From an uncultured Bacteroidales bacterium (GTDB taxonomy: Bacteria > Bacteroidota > Bacteroidia > Bacteroidales > GCA-2748055), in the NCBI GenBank assembly GCA_963809925.1, contig CAWELH010000007.1, positions 98,347 through 162,346 on the forward strand: a stretch of 64,000 bases of DNA, given 5' to 3'. Position 1 is the first letter of the stretch; every line of letters starts with the position of its first letter. Shown one piece after another: positions 16,460 through 26,104 of this stretch. The position numbers and the translations under genes were made by a program. The notes below the pieces were generated by a model. That model had not been told where the DNA came from, ran no database searches, and was given only the letters and a program-made list of their open reading frames with translations.

Positions 16460-19400
16460 TTAAAATTTCAGGTTAACGCCAATGGTGAATGAACGAGGTA
16501 CCGGGTAATTACCCTGGTCAATACCCATGTTCAGAGGATCACCATTTGTTTTCAGAGGATCCGTGCTGCCGGCAATTTCAGGGTCATAACCCGGATACTT
16601 GGTGATTGTATAAAGGTTGTTGCTGCTGACAAAAATTCTAAGGTTGTCAATATTTAACCTGGAAGTCAAACTTTTCGGCAGTGTATATCCAATCTGTAAG
16701 GTCTTGAGACGAATAAAAGAAGCTTCATAAACGTACCAGCTTGAAATTCTGGAGTTCCTGTTATCATCCACAATGCTTATTCTTGTCATCGTTGTAGAAG
16801 GATTTTCCGGTGTCCAGAAATTCATACAATCCACCAGGCGGTTCTGATCTTTTCCTGTCACATCACCTGAGGCAATATTAATTTGGGACATCAGATTGTT
16901 ATATACCTGGAGATTTTGCATTCCCTGCAGAAAAATGACGATATCAAAATTTTTATAGTTCCCGGCGAAATTGATACCATAAATGAAGTCCGGCAAGGCT
17001 TTTCCTATAATAGTCCTGTCAAGATCACTGATTATGCCATCATGGTTCAGATCCTTGAATTTGATATCTCCTGGTGCGGTCCCGTCTTCTTGTTTAGCAT
17101 AGAGGTATTTACCATCCTCATCGTAGTCACTTTCCTGGATGATCCTGTCTGCGACAAATCCGTAAAAACTACCGATAGTATGGCCGGTAGATGTAATCGT
17201 ATAGGTCGTTATGATATCATCAACAACAAGATCTGTTACTTCGTTTTTAATGGTCGATATATTTGCAGAAATGGTATAGTTGAAATCACCTTCGAGTTTC
17301 CTCCATGAGCCACTGAATTCGAAACCACGGTTTTGAATTTGAGAGAGGTTTGCCCAGGCTCCTACCTTCGAGGTTTCACTGTCATAGTTCTTTTTTCCGA
17401 ATATCACAGAAATGGGCTTACTGACAAGCATGGAATTCTGATTTTTTATGAAATACTCTGCCGTTATTTGTAGTCTGTTCCTGAAAGCATTGAAATCGAC
17501 ACCAAAATTCGTCATTTTTGCTGATTCCCATCTGATAAGCGGGTTGGGCTGGAAAGATGTAGGTGCCACGCCAAGCCAAAGGTCCTGGTTAACGCCAAAG
17601 ATGTACCGGCTGTTTTTCGGAGGATCAAGCAATGCTAAATATTGATAATCATCGAGGTTTTCGTTGCCCGTTACACCCCATCCAAAACGTAGCTTCAGCA
17701 TATTGATCGCTTCAACATTTTGCAGCAGGTCTTCATTTAATTTCCATCCGAGTGAGAAGGACGGAAATTGTCCGTATCGTCCTCCCTTAGGCCCAAAGCG
17801 GGTTGATCCGTCCACCCTGTAACTGGCCGTTAAGAGATATTTATCCGCATAACTGTACTGTACTCTTGCAAGGTAGGATTCCAGTCTATGGTCGGTTTCA
17901 CCACCCTTAACATCCATGGGTGTATTGGCAAGGTTTAACGAGGGCAGGTCCGGATCACTGAGGTCGGTACCCACCGCAGAATTGTTTTTATTGACAGCCG
18001 AAAACCTTTCCCAGACCGCAACAGCACTTATGTTATGTTTTCCGAAAGAATTTGCATATGAAATCTGATGATCCATCTGCAACTCATTTTCATAATAATT
18101 TGATTCTTCAAGTTTTGAAACGTCGTTATCTCTAAGCTTCAAATTACCGAGTGTATATACCGGGTTATACAATTTGTAATGATTGACGTTATAATTGGCG
18201 CCGACACGAATTGAGTAGGTCAGCCCTTTGAGTAGTTCAACATCCATATAAGCCGATGAAAACAGCTTATTCCGGTTTCTTTTTACACTGTTAAGCATTT
18301 GCTCCGCAACGGGGTTTGTACGTTCATTGATCCCTGTCAGCGTATCGGTTGGACCTCCGTATCCTCCGATGGCGTTTACATCATATAGAGGCATGTAAGG
18401 TGAAGTAACCAAAGCTACCTGAAAGGCATTACCATTACCGTAATTGGTTACATCTGTGATGTCTACGGTTGAAAATGATAACGATTCTCCAAATTTGAAG
18501 CGTTTTCCGACATTATAATTTGAGTTGGCAGTCAGACCAATTCTGGATATGGCTGTATTGATCAGGATGCCTTCTTCCGTTGAATAGTTCCCGGCGACAT
18601 AAAAATTACTGAATTGATTCCCCCCTGAACTGCTCAGACTATAATTCTGAGATGTCCCTATCCTACTTACTTCATCCTGCCAGTCAGTATCGGTACCAAA
18701 ATTATTATTGGACATTCTTGCTGAATCAGAATAAACTCTATAATACATATTTTTCTGATTGTCGCTAGCCATGTTTGCATAGGCAGCTTTGTTATATTCT
18801 GCATACTGTGAAGCATTCATAACATCATAAGTTCGGGGAAGAACATTTACACCGAAATTTGCGCTGAAATCTATTTTTGCCGGTCCGTTGCTTCCCCGCC
18901 TTGTGGTAACCATGATAACCCCGTTAGCGCCCCTTGCCCCATAGATTGCAGTGGCAGACGCATCTTTGAGGATCTGTACCGATTCAATATCCTGAGGATT
19001 GAGAGAAGTCAGAAATTCAGTACTGACCGGCATCCCATCGATGATGATCAAAGGTGCTGCACTGCGGCTGATCGATCCGATACCACGGATAAGGATTGAT
19101 GCCGATTGTCCCGGTTGGCCCGATACGCCTGTGACAAGAACTCCGGCTGCCCTTCCCTGGAGTGCCTTATCAAAGGTGGTATAATTGGACTGCCGCATTT
19201 CCTCGGCATCTACAACCGTAACAGAACCGGTCAGGTCCTCTTTTTTTTGAGTACCATATCCGATTACCACCAGCTCGCTGATTTCCGATCTGTCGGTCGA
19301 GAGTGAAATGTCGACAACCGTTTTTTCGGTAACCGTAACTTCCTGGGGGAGATAACCTACAAAGGAAAATACAAGGGTCTGACCCTGATTTGCAGTGATC

Positions 19401-19600
19401 GTGTAAAAACCATTCAGGTCTGAAGTTGTACCTTTTGTTGTTCCCTTCACAATGATGTTGGCCCCTATAACAGCTTCGCCGGTCTGTGCATCGGAGACTT
19501 TACCGGTGATGGTCAACGCCTGGGCTTCCAAATACTGTGGAAAGAATGGCAGCACACACATAAATAAGGCTGCCAGGCAGGTCATTCTTGCAGTTTTCAT
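16460..19600 (-). CDS. susC: SusC/RagA-family TonB-dependent outer-membrane transporter
   Basis: Signal peptide. Carboxypeptidase-regulatory-like domain (ITGKVSDAQTGEAVIGANIIVKGTTKGTTSDLNGFY). Plug (VVIGYGTQKKEDLTGSV, ILIRGIGS). 1046 aa, barrel ending GVNLKF. Confidence 0.92.
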   Translation of the reverse strand: MKTARMTCLAALFMCVLPFFPQYLEAQALTITGKVSDAQTGEAVIGANIIVKGTTKGTTSDLNGFYTITANQGQTLVFSFVGYLPQEVTVTEKTVVDISLSTDRSEISELVVIGYGTQKKEDLTGSVTVVDAEEMRQSNYTTFDKALQGRAAGVLVTGVSGQPGQSASILIRGIGSISRSAAPLIIIDGMPVSTEFLTSLNPQDIESVQILKDASATAIYGARGANGVIMVTTRRGSNGPAKIDFSANFGVNVLPRTYDVMNASQYAEYNKAAYANMASDNQKNMYYRVYSDSARMSNNNFGTDTDWQDEVSRIGTSQNYSLSSSGGNQFSNFYVAGNYSTEEGILINTAISRIGLTANSNYNVGKRFKFGESLSFSTVDITDVTNYGNGNAFQVALVTSPYMPLYDVNAIGGYGGPTDTLTGINERTNPVAEQMLNSVKRNRNKLFSSAYMDVELLKGLTYSIRVGANYNVNHYKLYNPVYTLGNLKLRDNDVSKLEESNYYENELQMDHQISYANSFGKHNISAVAVWERFSAVNKNNSAVGTDLSDPDLPSLNLANTPMDVKGGETDHRLESYLARVQYSYADKYLLTASYRVDGSTRFGPKGGRYGQFPSFSLGWKLNEDLLQNVEAINMLKLRFGWGVTGNENLDDYQYLALLDPPKNSRYIFGVNQDLWLGVAPTSFQPNPLIRWESAKMTNFGVDFNAFRNRLQITAEYFIKNQNSMLVSKPISVIFGKKNYDSETSKVGAWANLSQIQNRGFEFSGSWRKLEGDFNYTISANISTIKNEVTDLVVDDIITTYTITSTGHTIGSFYGFVADRIIQESDYDEDGKYLYAKQEDGTAPGDIKFKDLNHDGIISDLDRTIIGKALPDFIYGINFAGNYKNFDIVIFLQGMQNLQVYNNLMSQINIASGDVTGKDQNRLVDCMNFWTPENPSTTMTRISIVDDNRNSRISSWYVYEASFIRLKTLQIGYTLPKSLTSRLNIDNLRIFVSSNNLYTITKYPGYDPEIAGSTDPLKTNGDPLNMGIDQGNYPVPRSFTIGVNLKF

Positions 19601-20129
19601 AGATAGAATTAGTTAGTTTTATAGCCGGAATACAAATTATGAATTATTCCAGCCAAATAAAAATTGGTCGCAGTTAAATTATACCTTTCGATTTACCTAT
19701 CGAATACAAGTAAATTGGAGACTTCCCATAAACGCATTTTCTCCAAAGGTTGTTCAGTTGATGCGATATCAGTTCCGGTGAAGGTGCTTTAGACTACCCC
19801 AGTCATAACTTTCAGTGGGTGATTTGCAAAAAAGTAGTAACACCAAAACCAATCTTGAAATCGTGGAACATAAAACGCTCAGAAATTCCATGGCTTTCAT
19901 TTCCTTTTCCGACAACGCGGCGAGGAGCTTACATGGCCTCTACCGTGAGATGGTTTCTCTTACATCAAGCCTCAGACTCAGGATTCAGTATGGGTTGGTA
20001 GTCAGTGCATCCAGCCTTATCCTTCCACTGTTGAAGGGAAAAGGCATGTTCTTCATGTTTTGAAAGATGTTTCCCGGTTGCTCCCCCGGACCGAAAAGGA
20101 GGGGTTCGAAAAACTTCTGAGGAACTTGA

Positions 20130-21074
20130 ATGTTTAAATTACCGGTAATCAAACCAATGACTAACACGAAAGCCGGTATGAACTACATTCTTAATCCCCT
20201 TCAGAATCCGGAATTCGAATTCAAAAGACTGCTGAAGGAAAGAGCAGAACAGGCGACATCCATTATAAGAAGCGAAACCATGAACCCGGATCAAAGGGTT
20301 CACGACTTCCGCACAAACCTTAAGATGATGAGGGCGGTTCTGCGACTGATGCGGTTTAATCTTGGTGAGGAGGTCTATGCGGCAGAGAACGCCTTTTATC
20401 GCAATATTCAGCAAGCGCTTGCGCCGCTACGCGATAGTAATGTCCGGATGTCCACCCTGGAGTCACTCCTGTCCTTGGCAAAGAATTCGGTCGATATCCG
20501 CCTCTTTGATAAATACTATGCCGATCTGAATTCCTCCTATAGTAAAATCCGTGATACCTTTGAATCCGGAGAAGCTGACGAGCTGGCAATGATGAAGGTT
20601 TTGGAGCGCAGCAAAAAGATCGCTACAATAGCATTTTCCGACAAGAGTACCGTAGCGGTGGTAGCCGGACTCAAAAAAATATACAGACAAGGCAGGAATT
20701 TGATGGCCACAGCCAGAGAAGACCCAACGCCGGAAAACATGCATGAGTGGCGTAAGAAGGTGAAATACCTTTGGTATCATGTCGAATTGCTAAAGAATCT
20801 GTGGAAACCGGTCATGAAAGGTTTCGGAAAATCGATTCACCAGTTATCCGATTTTCTCGGAGATGAGCACGATCTCAGCGTCCTGATCGACGATCTCGAA
20901 GAAGGCAGATACAAGGATGAAAAAGACCTTCAGTCTGTACTCTATTTTGCGGAAAGTCGTAAAAAATCGTTGCACGAAGAGGCCTTCATGCTGGGTAAAA
21001 AGGTTTTCCACGAATCCCCGAAAAAATTTGCAGGGAGGATCGGCGCCTACTGGCAGGCATGCATATTAAGGTAA
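20130..21074 (+). CDS. CHAD domain-containing protein
   Basis: VHDFRTNLKMMRAVLRLMRF, HEWRKKVKYLWYHVELL and LGDEHDLSVL, the conserved His/Arg-rich helices of CHAD. The exact start is uncertain (several Met in the first 17 aa). Confidence 0.75.
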   Translation: MFKLPVIKPMTNTKAGMNYILNPLQNPEFEFKRLLKERAEQATSIIRSETMNPDQRVHDFRTNLKMMRAVLRLMRFNLGEEVYAAENAFYRNIQQALAPLRDSNVRMSTLESLLSLAKNSVDIRLFDKYYADLNSSYSKIRDTFESGEADELAMMKVLERSKKIATIAFSDKSTVAVVAGLKKIYRQGRNLMATAREDPTPENMHEWRKKVKYLWYHVELLKNLWKPVMKGFGKSIHQLSDFLGDEHDLSVLIDDLEEGRYKDEKDLQSVLYFAESRKKSLHEEAFMLGKKVFHESPKKFAGRIGAYWQACILR

Positions 21075-21131
21075 GATTGGCGGATGCGGGGGATCTGATC
21101 GAAAGAAAAAACACTACATAACCTGTTTTTT

Positions 21132-21229
21132 AACATGTTTGGGAGTGGCTGAGAATTGTTCTTTCGGAGCATTAAGGGTGGTGGGTGGGGGGTGGGATCC
21201 CCTGCATAAGAGTATATAAGAACAATATT
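21132..21229 (+). repeat. G4/C-tract hairpin element, copy B (G-rich strand is plus)
   Basis: TTGTTCTT (21156-21163) and AAGAACAA (21218-21225) flank GGGTGGTGGGTGGGGGGTGGG (21176-21196). Confidence 0.85.
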
Positions 21230-21604
21230 TGAAGCCGTAAATCATGGTATATTTTGTTAGATCTTTTGGGTCAATGGATTAATAGTTCCCTTCGAAACAT
21301 ATCTATCTCTCATCATGCCAGTGATATGTCCACATCAACTCTTTATAAATTCCTGATCTTCCAGCTCTTTTCAGGCCTTTGGATCTTAACATTGATTCTG
21401 CAATAAAAAGTGAAATCAATTCCTTATGACTTTGGGATAGTTATCCCCTTAATTCGGGTGACGTTTGCCCGGGTTCCACAAATCCAGACACACAACCCAG
21501 TGTCCCCTCACTCCTGAGTAGATCCAAAGATTCCCACCCCAATTTGTATTTTCCCCCGTTCAGTTTATCTTTATTCCCTCAACAATAAAATTAACTCAGG
21601 AGAA

Positions 21605-23062
21605 ATGGCCAGGGAATTTCAGAAAAACAGCATATCCATTGCCGGCATCCTTACCGGCATTTTCATTTTCACACTGATGTTACTTATACCTGCAGAATTG
21701 ATGCATCTGACACCAGAGGCCAAAAAGGCTATCGCTGTAGGTCTTCTGATGATCGTCCTGTGGGTGACAGAGGCTATTCCGATACCGGTGACTTCCTTGC
21801 TGCCCATTGTCCTGTTTCCCATTCTTGGGGTTCTGAAACTGGATGAAGCGCTGCGGCCGTATTCCAATCCGGTGATCATGCTGTTCTTCGGTGGTTTTGT
21901 CATCGCCCTGGCGCTTGAAAAGTATAACATTCACCGCCGTGTGGCCCTGAATCTCGTTAATCGAACCGGTACATCGCCGGGAAGGGTCATTGCCGGATTC
22001 ATGATCGCCACCGGATTCCTGAGTATGTGGATCAGCAACACCTCAACGGCAGTGATCATGTTCCCCATCGGGATGTCCATCATAGGCATTGTTGAAAAAC
22101 AATACGGCGCCGAAAGTCCGTTGCTCCGCAAATTCGGACTGGCCCTGATGCTTGGTATCGCATACGCCGCCAATATCGGAGGTTCCGGAACCCTTGTGGG
22201 TACACCCTCCAACGCCATTCTCGTCGGAATGCTCCGTCAGAGGTACGACATCAGGCTGGACTTTGCCCACTGGATGATCATTGGTATCCCGCTCATCATT
22301 ATCCTGACTGTACTGGCATGGATCACACTGACAAAGATCTTTTTCCGTCTGAACGACAAACCTCTGCCTGCGGTCGGTGAATACGTTAAACAGGAAGTCC
22401 ATAAACTCGGCCGTCCTGACAGGAGTGAGAAAAGAGTGCTACTCGTATTTGCCGTTACGGCTTTTTTCTGGGTATTCCGGGCTCACCTTAACCGGCTGAT
22501 CGGCACAACTGTGCTCAGTGATTCACTGATTGCCACCGGTGCCGCCATCCTGATGTTTGTCGTTCCTTCCGGTACGGGTAAAAAGGAAGCCCTTCTGAGC
22601 TGGCCCGATGCTGTAAATATACCCTGGGGTATCCTCATCCTCTTCGGCGGAGGCCTGAGCCTGGCGAGTGGTCTTTACTCCTCCGGTGTGATCGACATCA
22701 TCGGACAGAGTATTCTTCGGTTCAGTGATGTACCTCCACTGATCATCATGGCCGTTACGGTATCAATCATGCTTATACTCACTGAACTGATCAGCGGAAC
22801 CGCACTGAGTTCAGTGCTTCTGCCCGTCATCTTCGGAGTGTCGGAAGGCCTGCATCTAAGTCCCCTTGAACTGGCTGTTCCGCTGGTGCTGGTTGCCAAC
22901 GGTGCCTTCATGATGCCCATGGGCACTCCACCGAATGCCATTGTCTTTGCCAGTGGCTATCTGAAAATTAAGGATATGATGAGGACTGGATGGCTAATGA
23001 ATATTTTCAGTATAATCATCGTTATCCTGCTGTCACAATGGCTTCTTAAATACCTGATCTAG
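21605..23062 (+). CDS. SLC13/DASS-family anion:sodium symporter
   Basis: 485 aa, about 12+ TM helices. SNTSTAVIMFPI and GTPPNAIVFASG hairpin-tip motifs typical of DASS transporters. Confidence 0.85.
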   Translation: MAREFQKNSISIAGILTGIFIFTLMLLIPAELMHLTPEAKKAIAVGLLMIVLWVTEAIPIPVTSLLPIVLFPILGVLKLDEALRPYSNPVIMLFFGGFVIALALEKYNIHRRVALNLVNRTGTSPGRVIAGFMIATGFLSMWISNTSTAVIMFPIGMSIIGIVEKQYGAESPLLRKFGLALMLGIAYAANIGGSGTLVGTPSNAILVGMLRQRYDIRLDFAHWMIIGIPLIIILTVLAWITLTKIFFRLNDKPLPAVGEYVKQEVHKLGRPDRSEKRVLLVFAVTAFFWVFRAHLNRLIGTTVLSDSLIATGAAILMFVVPSGTGKKEALLSWPDAVNIPWGILILFGGGLSLASGLYSSGVIDIIGQSILRFSDVPPLIIMAVTVSIMLILTELISGTALSSVLLPVIFGVSEGLHLSPLELAVPLVLVANGAFMMPMGTPPNAIVFASGYLKIKDMMRTGWLMNIFSIIIVILLSQWLLKYLI

Positions 23063-23116
23063 GGCAGGCTCTTAAAAGGTTATTCAGTAGGATTCGGAAG
23101 AATGAAAATACCGGTA

Positions 23117-23833
23117 CTAGTTGCCGTTGCCTGCAAACATTGACTGCTGCGGGTTATAATTTTCAAACGCCTCCAGATAGAGATTCACAAACTCATGCAT
23201 CCTTTTTCTCCGGTACTGGATCACCCAACGGGGATGCGGCAGGGGGATGATCTCGCCGAAGAGTGAGAAACGGGCGTTCAGTCTCTGGAGATAGTCAAAG
23301 TTCTTCCCATTGCCCAGACAGAAACAGTATCGCTTATCAATCTCCCATTCAAGCAGCTCACGGAGGCAGTCGAGAATAAAGGGCTCTGCGATCTCCACCA
23401 GCTCCTTTGAATCGTAATAGTTATAATTCAGTCCGTTCCGGGTAAAGCCGAGCGGGCTGACCGCACTGATGAGGAACTGATCATAGAATTTTTTCACCCC
23501 GCCAAATGCCCCGATCACCTCATAGACAAATCCGGCTGACGCTTCGGTGGTATCCGCAAAAGGATTCTCAATTTCACAGTACGTTCTGAGTTTCACAGGA
23601 TCGGTAAAAGGAATGCCTGTGACACCTGCGCCGAAACGTCCTGGATTGATACCCAGGATCAAACGGCGGGGGCGATTGTCCGAAAAATACTTTTGATAGA
23701 ATTGAATTGTCACATCCCTTACCGTCTCATTCCTGAAAGGATTCATCACCTCCACACCTTCCGGGAGAGAAGCATCAAAATGAAGCTTTTCGTTGAATGC
23801 GATGATCTTATCGGCGAGTGTCGGGGTAAACAT
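23117..23833 (-). CDS. Uracil-DNA glycosylase superfamily protein (SMUG-like/DUF4918-type)
   Basis: ILGINPGRFGAGVTGIPFTDP (GxNPG motif A-like) and IPLPHPRW (motif B-like HP[SR]). Confidence 0.6.
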   Translation of the reverse strand: MFTPTLADKIIAFNEKLHFDASLPEGVEVMNPFRNETVRDVTIQFYQKYFSDNRPRRLILGINPGRFGAGVTGIPFTDPVKLRTYCEIENPFADTTEASAGFVYEVIGAFGGVKKFYDQFLISAVSPLGFTRNGLNYNYYDSKELVEIAEPFILDCLRELLEWEIDKRYCFCLGNGKNFDYLQRLNARFSLFGEIIPLPHPRWVIQYRRKRMHEFVNLYLEAFENYNPQQSMFAGNGN

Positions 23834-24168
23834 TTATTTGATTTGTTGATTTGTTGAATTGTTGATTTGTTGATTTGTTGATTTGTTGAATTTAAGATTG
23901 ATTTATAGAAACTCATCCGATCCATGGGCAAAACCATGGCTATTGTTGGTGAATGCCTCCGGCATGGAAGAAGTGTTCTAAAAATCCTGCTCCATCTTTT
24001 TATTTGTTGAGTTGTTGATCCACCTTCGCTCAAGCTACAGCGGACGCGGTTTGGTGAATTGAAGAGTGATGTAAAGGACATTCCTAACTTCCTAACTTCC
24101 TAACTTCCTAACTTCCTAACTTCCTAACTTCCTAACTTCCTAACTTCCTAACTTCCTAACTCCATCCC
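23834..24168 (-). repeat. Composite octamer-periodic element filling the glnS / UDG-like intergenic gap
   Basis: The module order is colinear with 48410-48739 (see findings). Contains the 47-nt core at 23921-23967 and a 31-nt hairpin unit at 24019-24049. Confidence 0.9.
24081..24160 (-). repeat. Perfect tandem array (TTCCTAAC)x10, i.e. (GTTAGGAA)x10 in glnS sense
   Basis: Counted directly: 80 nt with no mismatch. Ends 8 nt from the glnS stop codon (24169-24171). Confidence 0.97.
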
Positions 24169-25905
24169 TCACTCCCTCCCCGACATCTTCGCCCAAGGAT
24201 CCCGCAATGGTACCGTCCGGTTAAAGACCGGTTTCTCAGGGGAGGAATCGGGATCAACATTAAAATAGCCCAGTCGCTGGAACTGGAACTGGGTAAGAGG
24301 AGCCGCCCCCTTCAATCCCGGCTCAACGTAACAATTGTTCAGAATGCGAAGGGAGTCATCATTCAGAAATTCCTTAAAATCGATACCTCTATGTCCGTCC
24401 GGTTCGGGATCGTTGAACAGCCTGTCGTACAGCCTTACTTCGGCTTTCACGGCATGGCGCGCTGACACCCAGTGAAGGGTGCCTTTGACTTTGCGGTTTG
24501 CCTGGGGTGCGCCGCTTCGTGTTTCAGGATCGTAAGTGCAATGGATCTCAATGATCCGGCCGTTTTCATCCTTCACGGCTTTTTCACAGTAGATGATATA
24601 GGCCGATTTCAGACGAACTTCCTTTCCGGGTGTCAGTCTGAAAAACTTTCCCGGAGGATCTTCCATAAAATCGTCCTGTTCAATATAAATTTCACGGGAG
24701 AAGGGTATGGTTCTGGAGCCCATCGACTCATCCTCCGGGTTATTGATCGTTTCCAATTCCTCCACGAGGTCTTCGGGATAATTGGTGATCACGAGTTTTA
24801 GGGGATCCAGGACCGCCATCACTCTGGCAGCCTTTATATTTAGATCTTCACGGACTGAATGTTCCAGAAGTCCGACATCGATGATGCCGTCAACCTTGGT
24901 TACGCCGATGCGCTCAGCAAAATTCCGGATGGATACCGGTGTGTACCCCCTGCGGCGAAGACCTGAGATAGTGGGCATCCGGGGATCATCCCAGCCCCTG
25001 ACGAGACAATTCTTTACCAGTTCCAGCATCTTTCTCTTGCTCATGATGGTATAGCTGAGATTCAGCCGAGCAAACTCAATCTGTCTGGGCCGGACATTTC
25101 CTAAATTTCGAGGCATATTTACATCCCATCCATAGTTGGTAACCTGATCAAGAAACCAGTCGTAGAGCGGCCTGTGAACTTCAAATTCCAGTGTACATAT
25201 GGAATGGGTTATTCCCTCAAAATAATCAGACTGCCCGTGCGCATAATCGTACATTGGATAAATACACCAGGCATCACCGGTTCGATGATGAGATTTTCGC
25301 ATGATCCTGTACATAAGTGGATCCCGCATGTGCATATTTGGCGAGGACATATCGATTTTTGCCCTAAGGACATGAGTTCCTTCAGCAAATTCTCCCTTTT
25401 TCATCCTCTCAAAAAGATCCAGGTTCTCCTCAACACTACGATCCCGGTAAGGACTTACGCTGCCAGGTGTGGTGGGTGTACCTTTCTGTTCGGCAATGGC
25501 TTCTGCACTCTGATCATCAACATATGCCTTCCCGTCCCTGATAAGTTTTTTCGCCCACTCATAGAGCTGATAAAAATAATCAGACGCAAAGTACTCCCTG
25601 TCGTCCCATCCGAAGCCCAGCCACTTGATGTCTTCCCTGATGGAATCGACATACTCAATCTCCTCTTTTGTCGGGTTTGTATCATCGAACCTCAGGTTTG
25701 TCAGTCCGCCAAACTTTTCAGCTATACCAAAATCTATACATATAGCCTTGGCATGGCCGATATGCAGATAACCGTTTGGCTCGGGTGGGAAACGGGTATG
25801 AACCCTATCTCCGTTCTTTCCCGATTTGAGGTCTTCATCAACGATCACCTCAATAAAATTCAGACTTTTCTTCTCAGTTTTTGGCTCTTCCGGATGCATA
25901 TTCAT
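24169..25905 (-). CDS. glnS: Glutamine--tRNA ligase
   Basis: [37 protein letters not shown] closely parallels E. coli GlnRS. TIMSKRK (KMSKS-class). 578 aa. Confidence 0.95.
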   Translation of the reverse strand: MNMHPEEPKTEKKSLNFIEVIVDEDLKSGKNGDRVHTRFPPEPNGYLHIGHAKAICIDFGIAEKFGGLTNLRFDDTNPTKEEIEYVDSIREDIKWLGFGWDDREYFASDYFYQLYEWAKKLIRDGKAYVDDQSAEAIAEQKGTPTTPGSVSPYRDRSVEENLDLFERMKKGEFAEGTHVLRAKIDMSSPNMHMRDPLMYRIMRKSHHRTGDAWCIYPMYDYAHGQSDYFEGITHSICTLEFEVHRPLYDWFLDQVTNYGWDVNMPRNLGNVRPRQIEFARLNLSYTIMSKRKMLELVKNCLVRGWDDPRMPTISGLRRRGYTPVSIRNFAERIGVTKVDGIIDVGLLEHSVREDLNIKAARVMAVLDPLKLVITNYPEDLVEELETINNPEDESMGSRTIPFSREIYIEQDDFMEDPPGKFFRLTPGKEVRLKSAYIIYCEKAVKDENGRIIEIHCTYDPETRSGAPQANRKVKGTLHWVSARHAVKAEVRLYDRLFNDPEPDGHRGIDFKEFLNDDSLRILNNCYVEPGLKGAAPLTQFQFQRLGYFNVDPDSSPEKPVFNRTVPLRDPWAKMSGRE

Positions 25906-26104
25906 TGCTTACCTTGTATTTTTAATGTTACGGGAAAATAACTCCCAGAAATAAGAATACTGATACCCCTGGTTTTTCAGTCTCCCTAATGCCGTTTCTT
26001 CCATCTGTTCTGCAAAAATAGAATGATTTACATAAAAAAACGATTTAAAAAATGGAATTAAATTCCAAAGCTACTTAACTTTAGACTTCTTTAAACTTAC
26101 AACT

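Noticed and set aside
19601-20129. Riboswitch (cobalamin or TPP) or regulator gene in the 529-nt region upstream of susC
   Set aside because: I looked on the minus strand for the B12-box, the GGTG..AATCC core and the TPP CTGAGA/ACCTGATCTGG motifs and found none. There is no credible ORF. This should still be scanned with cmscan.
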